A stretch of 64,000 nt of DNA from Promethearchaeota archaeon Loki_b32 (GTDB lineage: Archaea > Asgardarchaeota > Lokiarchaeia > Sigyniarchaeales > SOKP01). Positions 21,098 to 30,165 of this stretch are shown here, in pieces. Within the stretch, counting starts at the first letter, position 1; each line of letters starts with the position of its first letter. The position numbers and the translations under genes were made by a program. The stretch spans positions 50,220-114,219 of the forward strand of contig NJBH01000010.1 of assembly GCA_005223125.1 (NCBI GenBank), given 5' to 3'. Below the pieces are notes generated by a model. The model made no database searches. It was not told the DNA's origin and saw nothing but the letters and a program-made list of their open reading frames with translations.

Positions 21098-21892
21098 ATG
21101 AATGAAAAGTTTTTGGTAGGGAAAGTAGCTCTTGTTACAGGAGCAGGAAGTGGATTTGGTCGAGAAATGGCGATTGCTTTTGCAAGTAAAGGTGCTAATT
21201 TAGTATTAAATGATATAAACCTTGAAAGCATCGAAGAAACTCGAAATATTATCTTAAAATCATATAAAGTTGATATATTGCTAATAAAAGCAGATATTTC
21301 TGTTTTTAATCAAGTTAAAGAAATGAGAAAAGAAGTTTTTGAAAGATTTGATAATATTTTTATATTGGTTAATAATGCTGGTGTTAGATTAGGTACCTTT
21401 TCACTTGTTACAAAAGAAGAGGGTTATAATAAAGTCATGGATGTAAATGTTAAAGGTGCTTGGAATGTGACAAAAGCATTTTATAGAAAAATGAGTAAAC
21501 AAGATTTCAAACCTATCGCAGGAAAAATTATTAATATAGCATCATGTGCAGGTACAGAATGTGGCGCTAATCCATATATTGGGATATATAGTGTAAGTAA
21601 GGCAGCACTTATTAGTTTTACAAAGCTTTGGGCACTGGAACTCGGATCCAGTAATATCACAGTGAATGCAATTTGTCCCGGTTTATTTTTAACACCTATG
21701 TACAAGAATAATCCTGAATTTATTCGAGAATTTATGAAAAGAAGAAATGTTAGGCTTCCAATAGATAGAATTGGTGAAGCAAAACAAGTAGCCGATGTTG
21801 CTTTATTTTTAGCTTCACCTGCTTCAGATTATATAACCGGCCAGAATATAATTTTAGATGGCGGGATGACTATTAGTATCAACAAGCTCTAA
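21098..21892 (+). CDS. Classical short-chain dehydrogenase/reductase
   Basis: TGAGSGFG, NNAG, YSVSK, VNAICPG; ATG21098 preferred. Confidence 0.92.
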   Translation: MNEKFLVGKVALVTGAGSGFGREMAIAFASKGANLVLNDINLESIEETRNIILKSYKVDILLIKADISVFNQVKEMRKEVFERFDNIFILVNNAGVRLGTFSLVTKEEGYNKVMDVNVKGAWNVTKAFYRKMSKQDFKPIAGKIINIASCAGTECGANPYIGIYSVSKAALISFTKLWALELGSSNITVNAICPGLFLTPMYKNNPEFIREFMKRRNVRLPIDRIGEAKQVADVALFLASPASDYITGQNIILDGGMTISINKL

Positions 21893-21940
21893 ATTTCCAG
21901 TAACGTTAACCTTTTCATTACATTTAAATGTAATGATCCT

Positions 21941-21978
21941 AAAAAAAGAAGAGAAAATAGAAAATTCCCTTCGTGGGA
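21941..21978 (-). terminator. Hairpin + pyrimidine tract after micro-gene 1
   Basis: TCCC-ACGAA-GGGA then TTTCTATTTTCTCTTCTTTTTTT. Confidence 0.6.
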
Positions 21979-22011
21979 TTATGCCGAGGGTGGAGTTATA
22001 GTGCAAGGCAT
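21979..22011 (-). CDS. 10-aa micro-peptide MPCTITPPSA (copy 1)
   Basis: GGAGG SD 8 nt before ATG; TAA; terminator; paralog at 26129. Confidence 0.65.
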   Translation of the reverse strand: MPCTITPPSA

Positions 22012-22303
22012 TTATTTGGCCTCCTAAAATCATTTAAGTAATGAATTGCATAAATATAAGGTAAACTAACCTTGAATTTGTCACAGTGTTATTATTTTAT
22101 TAGGATCGTTTTATTTAAAACACCCATAAAATCTAACAAAAAAGGAGGTGTTTCTATAAATAAATTGAATTAACATAATTGGAAAATTCTTGAAATCAAA
22201 AAGAATTTCTTGAAAATTGAAGAAATGAGTTATTGGTAAATAATTCTACTGCACACGCTGAAGATATCACAAAATATAAAAATTAATTAATCAAATATTT
22301 TTA

Positions 22304-25300
22304 TTGTTTGAATCAATAAAAACATTAAAACAAATTAACAGATTTATAATAAAACTTCTAATGACAAGGTTAAATGTTAAATTTCTTATAAATACTTCAA
22401 TAGAAAGTATTTTATCAAATTTAAATACTATATTTGAAAACCTTCTTCAAGAAATCAAATCATATCTTAATTTAGATTTAAAAGATTCAAAAATAAAAAT
22501 CGTTTATCATGAAGAAAACATATCTTCTGATAATATAAATCAAGATATTTTTAAGGTAGGGTTAATAAAAACTCAAAAGAATAATTCTCTATCAGTATTT
22601 ATTTCAAGAACTTATAGAAAATTTGTAAGAATGATTTTGTTGCGTGAAGCGTATAAATTTTTTATTCCAAGAGGCTTACAAGATAATAGAATTATTAACA
22701 TTTTTATTAACCAAAAAGTTGAAATTGATCTTCAAAAATCTGAATATATTGAAGATTGGAAAGATTTTAAAAGAAAAAGTGTCATTAATTATGATTTTAT
22801 GGAGGCAGAATTTGATAGATTAGAAAATTTCTTGAAACAAGAAAGTATAGGAAATAGACCAAGTCCATTCCAATTTTTCTTTATTTGGATAAGAAGAAAC
22901 ATTCAATTAATTGAAGATATTAAAGAAAATATTTATGATCTAATTTTTCAAGAATATAATCTAAGATATAACGAATATAATGATGAAATTATAGAGACTA
23001 TTAGTGTTATAACCAAAATATTTTATAAAATAAGGAGTTATCGCTCATTATTAGATTATCAGCAATATTTTAAAAAATTTAAAGATTCTGGAATTATCCA
23101 AACTAACTTAAGTTTAAGGAAATTTACAGCGAACATGCAGTGGATTAAGAATTTTAGCAATATAGCGCCTAGTTTTCAAGTTAATTGGCTTAGATTAGAT
23201 ATAATATCAATTTTATGCTTTATGAAATTTAATCCACTTATTAAAACTTCGAAAATCATGCAGGTTATTAACTTATTACCATTTTTTATGATGCCTAGAG
23301 ATACAAAAAATAGTTTTGGGATAGAAATTATTGGTCAATTTCTTATTCCAAAATGTTACGTAAAAGATTTAATATTTTTTTTAGGAAAATTGGAATCGAA
23401 TGGTTATCTTATTGAAAAAGAGTTATACATTATTACGGGAACGGGTTATACGGTTAATTTAAACTGCTTTAAAAGTTTTGCGAGCAAAAGTATAATACTC
23501 AATCCAGATAAACGAGATTATAATAAAGAATATGAAATTGAGTTTAGTATGGATTATGGCCTTGAAACATTTAATTCAAATCCTTCACTTCTTGATTGGC
23601 TTTTAATTGATAGGATTCGCTATTTTTCAATAACAGGATTAGGATTTGAAAGGAAATCAGAAATGTTAAGAGCATTGAAATCTGATCTTCTCAATGAAGT
23701 TATTAGCCAACGGAATTTAATTAGTGACATAAAAAAAAATTTGAATAGAATTCATAATTCACCTAATCTTAAAAGTAAATTTCTAGATTTTATAAATACC
23801 AATAAAGATTTTGGATTTTTTTATATAAAACAAATATTAAATGATTACATTACTACCTTTGATTCAATAAATAAAGTTTTATTAGAAAACCCATTAATTA
23901 ATAATTATTATCATCTTCAAAAATTTATTAAGGAACATGGGATTTCAAATTCAATTGAAGAAAATAATGTATTAAAAGCACTCAAAAAGAATATACTAAG
24001 AGAATTCATTTCTTTATATTTTAAATCTAAAAAGGCTTTTAAAGAGAAAGTTGATGAATATCGCAATTTCTTTAACATATTTAAAAGTCTTTATGATCTT
24101 AAGATTTTTAACTTAAATGCTGTCAATTCCATAATAAAGGATAAATCTTTAATAAATAGAATATACGAATCTAAAGAAGAAAAACTTAAAAGTTCATATG
24201 AAAGATATAAAGCTTATAACATCACAAATAATGCCATAGAACAGAGATTAGATGATTTTTTAAATATAGATCCCCCAATAATTCAACCAAGTTTATTAGG
24301 TACAATTGCGGGTATCAAACGTTTCACGAGATATTATGTTGCTCTGATTTTAAAAGATACACCACAGACGAGAGAAGGTATTGAAAATTTGAAATTGTTA
24401 TTTCCAATGGTTATTGTAATACCAATGTTGGAATATAAAACTCGTGAACATTATGTTTATTTTGAACTTCAAATACCAAATTTAAGTTTAAAAGAAAAAC
24501 AATTATTAAATTCTATTTTATATAATATTTTTAAAGATAATATCATAAATATCAAATCCTATTTATTCAGCGGGTTTTATGAAGCATTTTCAAGAAAGGA
24601 TTTTTATGACTTTGAAAAGGCAAATTTCTTTTATACTAAAGATCTGTTTGAAGAATTCTTTCACTATGTTCAATACAAATTAAATAATAATATACACCCC
24701 ATTTCAGAATCATTTAGTAACATTTCAAGAGATTTATGGGGAAAAAAGACTGAACTATCAAATTTCATCACCCTCATAGAGAAACGTGTTTCAAAAGAGC
24801 ACATAGATTTTAACCTAAACAATATTAATAAATTGTTAAGTTATTACAAAAATCTTGAATCAAATTTACTAGATTTAGAGAATTTTAAAAATTCTAAGAA
24901 TAAATACTTCTTCAGAAATTATATTAAATCGATAAAAATTATTCCCTCATTTCAACATTTTGGATTTGGGCAATATTATTTATATTTTTATCCAAGAGAT
25001 TTAAAGGATATAGATTTTAAGCATATATTACACAATTCCTTTCAAAAAATTAAATTTCCAATAAATATTGATAATTCTAATTCATTTTTGATTAAATTCA
25101 TATGGCCATACCAAAATCCAAATAAGTCAGTACTCAATTGGTTATTAAAATCTAAAAAAGTAATACGTGAATATTGTTTATTTTTCGTTAAAAAAGTCTT
25201 TCAAATTTTTCATTTCAATTATAATCTTAGTGCTAATGAATGGGATTTAGATCCAAATCGTTTTAGAATTTATTTTCAAAAAATTTTATTTAATCCCGAT

Positions 25301-25972
25301 TATGAACTTATTATACCTAGGATGAAAGAATTCAAGATCGGTGATATAAACATTTCAAATTATTTCACTCCAGACTCATCGGAATATATTGCGTTAACCC
25401 AATTATTTAATTGGAAATCTTTGGATATAAAATCGTATTTAGGAACTCGAAATTACAATATTATTAACCAAATAGTTGAATTACTAGAGAAAAAACTTAT
25501 ATTTCCTTTCATATCTGTAAAAAATCTAGATTTGAGCCAGAGGCTTTATATAATTTTACCTAAGGTAATTAGGGAAGATATTAATATACTTATCAAAATT
25601 TTTAATTTTTTTAATATTGGATTTATCTATGAAATTGAAGGAGAATATTACATTCAGGGATTAAATGAAGAGATTAAGTTTGAAAATGGGTTAATGATTA
25701 AACTTTATCTTCCAGATTGCCAACTTGATGAATTTGAAAAATTATTTGATTTAATATTTGAATATTTGGGGTTTAAACATTACTTAATATTAAGTAATTT
25801 GGTTAATGGAGATGATTTCCTTAAATCTATTTATGGTAATTTAGATTTTTTGAAATTGTATAACCCACTAAAAAATTTAATTTGGAATAATAAAGATAAA
25901 ATTTGGATGAATCATAAATTATTTACAAATAAATTTGAAAAAATATATCCACCTTTTAACATAAAAGAATAA
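22304..25972 (+). CDS. Large protein with repeated Lrp/AsnC-like segments, putative regulator
   Basis: 1222 aa; recurring I.P....(L/F)(G/D) motifs followed by beta-alpha units; start may be ATG22361. Confidence 0.6.
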   Translation: MFESIKTLKQINRFIIKLLMTRLNVKFLINTSIESILSNLNTIFENLLQEIKSYLNLDLKDSKIKIVYHEENISSDNINQDIFKVGLIKTQKNNSLSVFISRTYRKFVRMILLREAYKFFIPRGLQDNRIINIFINQKVEIDLQKSEYIEDWKDFKRKSVINYDFMEAEFDRLENFLKQESIGNRPSPFQFFFIWIRRNIQLIEDIKENIYDLIFQEYNLRYNEYNDEIIETISVITKIFYKIRSYRSLLDYQQYFKKFKDSGIIQTNLSLRKFTANMQWIKNFSNIAPSFQVNWLRLDIISILCFMKFNPLIKTSKIMQVINLLPFFMMPRDTKNSFGIEIIGQFLIPKCYVKDLIFFLGKLESNGYLIEKELYIITGTGYTVNLNCFKSFASKSIILNPDKRDYNKEYEIEFSMDYGLETFNSNPSLLDWLLIDRIRYFSITGLGFERKSEMLRALKSDLLNEVISQRNLISDIKKNLNRIHNSPNLKSKFLDFINTNKDFGFFYIKQILNDYITTFDSINKVLLENPLINNYYHLQKFIKEHGISNSIEENNVLKALKKNILREFISLYFKSKKAFKEKVDEYRNFFNIFKSLYDLKIFNLNAVNSIIKDKSLINRIYESKEEKLKSSYERYKAYNITNNAIEQRLDDFLNIDPPIIQPSLLGTIAGIKRFTRYYVALILKDTPQTREGIENLKLLFPMVIVIPMLEYKTREHYVYFELQIPNLSLKEKQLLNSILYNIFKDNIINIKSYLFSGFYEAFSRKDFYDFEKANFFYTKDLFEEFFHYVQYKLNNNIHPISESFSNISRDLWGKKTELSNFITLIEKRVSKEHIDFNLNNINKLLSYYKNLESNLLDLENFKNSKNKYFFRNYIKSIKIIPSFQHFGFGQYYLYFYPRDLKDIDFKHILHNSFQKIKFPINIDNSNSFLIKFIWPYQNPNKSVLNWLLKSKKVIREYCLFFVKKVFQIFHFNYNLSANEWDLDPNRFRIYFQKILFNPDYELIIPRMKEFKIGDINISNYFTPDSSEYIALTQLFNWKSLDIKSYLGTRNYNIINQIVELLEKKLIFPFISVKNLDLSQRLYIILPKVIREDINILIKIFNFFNIGFIYEIEGEYYIQGLNEEIKFENGLMIKLYLPDCQLDEFEKLFDLIFEYLGFKHYLILSNLVNGDDFLKSIYGNLDFLKLYNPLKNLIWNNKDKIWMNHKLFTNKFEKIYPPFNIKE

Positions 25973-26128
25973 TTGTTTTTTTTAGAATCCGACTGAATTC
26001 TGATTATTTTTATAGGAGTTTAAATAATAAATTCCTAAAAATAAGATAACACAGAGACAAATTTAGAATATAAATATTTCTTATTTACTAAAATCATTAA
26101 TTAAGTCATTCCTATAGGGTTAAAAAAA

Positions 26129-26161
26129 ATGCCAGGTACAATAACTCCTCCATTAGCATAA
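26129..26161 (+). CDS. 10-aa micro-peptide MPGTITPPLA (copy 2)
   Basis: AGGGT SD-like; ATG..TAA; 8/10 identical to copy 1 with four synonymous changes. Confidence 0.65.
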   Translation: MPGTITPPLA

Positions 26162-26202
26162 TCCTGCAGAGCGGGATTTCTATTTTCTCTTCTTTTTTTT
26201 TT
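26162..26202 (+). terminator. Hairpin + pyrimidine tract after micro-gene 2
   Basis: TCCTGC-AGA-GCGGGA then the same TTTCTATTTTCTCTTCTTTTTTT. Confidence 0.6.
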
Positions 26203-26263
26203 ATAATCAAAGAAAAATTTTTTTTGGTAACTTATAAAAAAATTAATCAAAAAAAGGAGTTTT

Positions 26264-27619
26264 TTATTTATAGCTATGTTTTAAATAAAATAAGGGAATA
26301 AGCGAGAAGAAAGATAAGAAGCCAACCATTAAGATCAAAGATTCTGTTGAAACAAAAGAGGATAAGAAGGTTCCCATTGGAATAAAAATTACACTAGCTA
26401 CTGCTAAACCTAATTTAAAAATTTGAAATGAAAATGTTTGATACTTCATATTTTTAGAAATTGAAATTGATAAGGAGATATAATTTAACATCATTATTCC
26501 TGCTACAAACCAGATTAAACTATATATAAATAATAAGATAATTAAATTTGAAAAGATCATGAGAAATGTCAATAAGATATAAATACAGTTGGTTATAATA
26601 ATAGCATATATTCTTTTATTTGCTATAAAATCCAGATCTAATTGTTTATTAAAATCTGGATTTAAATTAATCAATTTTTTTTTGATATTTCTTTTAGAGT
26701 TATTTGAAATCTTTTGACCAATCATCCATCCTAGAGTATTCAATAAAAGAAAAAAAACATAACTAAAGGAGAAGATCTTTAATCCTGTTTGTCCATATTT
26801 AGATGTAATCCAAGACACTAATGGATATTGGTACAACCTATCACTCCATATCAATATATAAGACAGTGTTAATAAAAGTATTTGAAAATGATGGGTTTTA
26901 TTGGAATTATCCTTTGTTTTGCGTGTGTGTGTGTGTGTGTAGGGCGTATTCTTGAAATCAAAACAAAATAAAGCAGTTAATATTGGAAGGATTACAATTC
27001 CTCCAAAGAGAAAGAAATAAATCCATAGTTCTAAATTAAAGATGTCATTAACTAAGATTATAAAAATTATAGAAGATATAAATCCACCAAAATTTGCCGA
27101 AATATTAACTATTATCAAATTTCTATCTTTAATTACCTCATTTAAAGATGATTCTAAAATAATTCGACTCATACACACTTTGATTATTTCATTACTTAGC
27201 AAATTTAATGCAAGAAAAGAACCAAAAAGGTATAAAAACACACCTGAAAAGATTGTACAAATAAAACTTAATATACACACTAAAATAGAAAGAAATAATA
27301 TCTTTTTTCTCTGGCGGTTATATTTATCAAAAAAGAAACCTAACGCAGGAGCTAAAAGTAAAACTGAAAAAGTAAAAACTTGTATAAATGCAAGGTCACT
27401 TCTATTTACATTTAATACATTTAATAGATACACGGGTATATAAACAACAAGATAAGTGTTTATAATACTTAAGGTAAAGTAGACAACAAATAATCCTATA
27501 TAATTTAATTTGATTTTTTTAGATGGCTGAAAAAGTAGAATTTCTTTTTTTAACTTAAGAGCTGAAGATTCTGTTAAACTTTCTTTTAATAATTCAGTTT
27601 TAAATCTTGAGTTTTTCAT
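26264..27619 (-). CDS. MFS transporter
   Basis: About 12 TMs; GFFFDKYNRQRK (MFS motif A-like). Confidence 0.8.
   Translation of the reverse strand: MKNSRFKTELLKESLTESSALKLKKEILLFQPSKKIKLNYIGLFVVYFTLSIINTYLVVYIPVYLLNVLNVNRSDLAFIQVFTFSVLLLAPALGFFFDKYNRQRKKILFLSILVCILSFICTIFSGVFLYLFGSFLALNLLSNEIIKVCMSRIILESSLNEVIKDRNLIIVNISANFGGFISSIIFIILVNDIFNLELWIYFFLFGGIVILPILTALFCFDFKNTPYTHTHTRKTKDNSNKTHHFQILLLTLSYILIWSDRLYQYPLVSWITSKYGQTGLKIFSFSYVFFLLLNTLGWMIGQKISNNSKRNIKKKLINLNPDFNKQLDLDFIANKRIYAIIITNCIYILLTFLMIFSNLIILLFIYSLIWFVAGIMMLNYISLSISISKNMKYQTFSFQIFKLGLAVASVIFIPMGTFLSSFVSTESLILMVGFLSFFSLIPLFYLKHSYK
26923..26940. repeat. (GT)9 microsatellite in the MFS central loop (encodes THTHT)
   Basis: gtgtgtgtgtgtgtgtgt. 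Confidence 0.9.
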
Positions 27620-27764
27620 TATCTCGTTTCTTTTAATAGATTTTGTTTGAGAATTTAAAAAGTAAAAGAATTTGATGATTTATTTACAGAAAGGTAAATA
27701 TATTTGAATTCGTATAAATATCATTCAGAAGAAGAATATAATAAGAGAGTAAATTTATATTGAT

Positions 27765-28349
27765 TTATTTCCCACGACCTTTATTTGCTCCAATACTGGG
27801 GCGGGTTTTTTCTGAACCCCATCCTTTTTTATGTAGGCCTCTAGCTCTTTTCCCGGCAGATGTCAGACCGCGCGTTACTCTTTTTGTATGTTGAGGCTCA
27901 GTGATCCAATTTATTTTAGGATCAGTTCTTATCACTGGGTGGCTTGGGTCAACCAATATCGCTTCATAATAATGGTGGCGTCCATCGGCATATACTTTAT
28001 AACTGTTTAGGACTTGCATATTCGGGTATTTTCTTTGAACACGTTCCTCCGCAACCCATTGAAGATTTTTTCCAGTCGTATACTTAGAAACCCCCATAGC
28101 TCTCGGTTTTCTCCCCCGTTTTGGACGGACTTTATGCATTCCTCCTTTCCTTATCCTTGCTCTCACAACTACGTATCCTTGTTTTGCTTTATATCCTAAG
28201 GATCTTGCTCGATGTATCTTGGTTGGTCTCTCTACCCTTTGAATCGATCTACCTTTTCGGTATTCAATTCCGCGATACCAATATGGTGTTTGATATCCAA
28301 TTTCATGTTTCTCAAAGGTCTCTTTGATATATTTATAGCCAGACTTCAC
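27765..28349 (-). CDS. rpl15e: 50S ribosomal protein L15e
   Basis: ARSLGYKAKQG, AEERV.RKYPN..VLNSY, RGLTSAGK..RGL. Confidence 0.97.
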   Translation of the reverse strand: MKSGYKYIKETFEKHEIGYQTPYWYRGIEYRKGRSIQRVERPTKIHRARSLGYKAKQGYVVVRARIRKGGMHKVRPKRGRKPRAMGVSKYTTGKNLQWVAEERVQRKYPNMQVLNSYKVYADGRHHYYEAILVDPSHPVIRTDPKINWITEPQHTKRVTRGLTSAGKRARGLHKKGWGSEKTRPSIGANKGRGK

Positions 28350-28512
28350 TTTTTCAAAGCACTCTTAAATTGTTATAACATTTAAAATTCACTGAAATTA
28401 ATTAATTTTATCATTTTCTAATCTACATAAAAAAGTTGTTAGATTGTATAATAAAATTTAAACGTCATATAAGATATTTTATTAAGTATAAGACATTAAA
28501 CATTTAAATAGA

Positions 28513-28587
28513 GGACCTATAGCCTAGCCTGGATAGGGCGTCGGACTTCTAATCCGAAAGTCGCAGGTTCGAATCCTGCTAGGTCCG
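28513..28587 (+). tRNA. tRNA-Arg(TCT), intronless
   Basis: GGACCTA/TAGGTCC acceptor; TCGGA-CTTCTAA-TCCGA anticodon arm; GGTTCGAATCC. Confidence 0.95.
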
Positions 28588-28612
28588 CTCGTTATTATTA
28601 CTAAACTCATGT

Positions 28613-29752
28613 TCATGATCTTAATTTTAAATCTAGAACCACTAACTCAGACTTCGGGGAAAAATGTTTTACAATTTTAGAATTAAGAATTTTGTCAATA
28701 GAGTAATTAAATTTACTTAAAGTTACTTTAACATTTTCAATCGTCTTTTCAATCACATCGGGTTTTTCAGTGAATTGATAATAATGTAAAATCCCCTCAG
28801 ATTTTTTCATTAAAAAACATGCAACATTTATATAATTGAGTGCTTTTTCGGGCAAATTCATTATAATTCTATCAGCCTTATTTTGAATATTTTTACCTAT
28901 TTCACTTGAGGGAAGAATTAGAGAACTTATATCTAAGTTATAAGGTATTACATTACCTAATAGTCTATTAAGACTGATGTTTTCTTTTATGTAATGATAA
29001 GCCACCGGATTTATGTCAAAAGCATGAATCATTACTTTATGTCTCTTAGCAATTTGAATAGCAATAGGACCTACTCCACTAAATAAATCAAAGATAACCT
29101 CACCTTCATTTATAGGAGCTGTAGCAAGGCGTTTTCTTTCAAAAACTAACCTAGGAGTGAAAAATATCTTTTTTATATCTAACTTAAAGCTACAACCATT
29201 TTCTCTGTATAAAGTCTCTGATTTGTCTTTCCCCTTCAAAAGTTTTAAATCTCTAACACGAAATTCCCCTTTAATTTCACTTGTTTTTTCATAAGTAGTT
29301 TTTACTTTTTTATTTACTGAGATTAAAGCATCAGCAATTATAATCTTGAGTGAATCATCAATTTTTGCATCTAAATCATTAAATTTATCAAATTCCAGTA
29401 TTGCTATATCCCCTATAATGTCATAAGAATTAGGTATATAATGAAAGAGACTCTCAGGAAGTATGTTTTTTAGAGCTTCTTTAAGAGATTTAAATTTATA
29501 ATCATTTCTTATTATTCCTTTACGCTTAATTATTTCATATTCAAACTGTTGATTTTTTAAAATATCAACAATTTCATTTTCGTCCAAAATTGGAAATAAA
29601 ATGAAATTATCTTCGTGAAGAACTTTCATTTTTTTATAAATAACTTGTAAATTTTTCTTAAATTGCTTGATAAAAGCTTGACCATCAGTGTTCTTAATTT
29701 TAACATATCTGGTGTCTTCAAATTCTTCTTTTCGCATATGTGTCTTAATCAC
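28613..29752 (-). CDS. trm5: tRNA (guanine37-N1) methyltransferase, Trm5 family
   Basis: SYDIIGDIA, GEFRVR, FFTPRL..ER, DLFSGVGP, DINP, IMNLP. Confidence 0.9.
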   Translation of the reverse strand: MIKTHMRKEEFEDTRYVKIKNTDGQAFIKQFKKNLQVIYKKMKVLHEDNFILFPILDENEIVDILKNQQFEYEIIKRKGIIRNDYKFKSLKEALKNILPESLFHYIPNSYDIIGDIAILEFDKFNDLDAKIDDSLKIIIADALISVNKKVKTTYEKTSEIKGEFRVRDLKLLKGKDKSETLYRENGCSFKLDIKKIFFTPRLVFERKRLATAPINEGEVIFDLFSGVGPIAIQIAKRHKVMIHAFDINPVAYHYIKENISLNRLLGNVIPYNLDISSLILPSSEIGKNIQNKADRIIMNLPEKALNYINVACFLMKKSEGILHYYQFTEKPDVIEKTIENVKVTLSKFNYSIDKILNSKIVKHFSPKSELVVLDLKLRS

Positions 29753-30161
29753 TAAATGTTATCGTAATTTTTTTTCCTGGAATTTTTAATTTATCTATCA
29801 ATTTTTGATTTAATTCATTAGAAGCTTTATTACATTTAATTAATATGGTTCTGCTACAAATAAAATTACTTTTCCTGAATACTATATCTTTTTCATCTAG
29901 AAGAGTTAAATTTGGATCACCAAACCCATAGAATTGATCTTCTACATTGTCAACTTTAATTAAAACATTAACTTTTTTTCCTCTACGGATCAAATCTTTT
30001 AAATCTGAACTGATATCTGCACATGCTTTAGAGCACTTATTTCCTAAGATACAAGTCCCTTTTTTTGTTAAATAGTCCGCTGTTGTTAACTCGATTGTTG
30101 ACTTATGAGAACATTGTATATTTTTATGTCCATAAGCAGTAATTTCTTCAATTATATCCAT
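29745..30161 (-). CDS. DUF371 family protein
   Basis: GHKNI...H.STIE.T...LT..G.CI.G; VFRKS.F...RT. Confidence 0.88.
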   Translation of the reverse strand: MDIIEEITAYGHKNIQCSHKSTIELTTADYLTKKGTCILGNKCSKACADISSDLKDLIRRGKKVNVLIKVDNVEDQFYGFGDPNLTLLDEKDIVFRKSNFICSRTILIKCNKASNELNQKLIDKLKIPGKKITITFSD

Positions 30162-30165
30162 TTAA

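Noticed and set aside
21960-21985. Lokiarchaeal SECIS element
   Set aside because: No AUGA/GA core with apical AAA, and no UGA-containing gene adjacent
21893-22027. Read-through extension of the SDR, or a double-glycine peptide (DYAEGGVIVQGI) on the plus strand
   Set aside because: No ATG/GTG/TTG upstream of the motif; it is the antisense frame sharing wobble positions with the micro-gene, which has SD, ATG, stop and terminator
22144-22173. Perfect SD GGAGGTG followed by ATA AAT AAA TTG AAT TAA
   Set aside because: Five-codon ORF with a non-canonical start and no second copy; cannot be supported
21935-26210. Terminal inverted repeats of a transposon carrying the 1222-aa gene
   Set aside because: Divergence is codon-patterned; no transposase motif or target-site duplication seen (not fully excluded)
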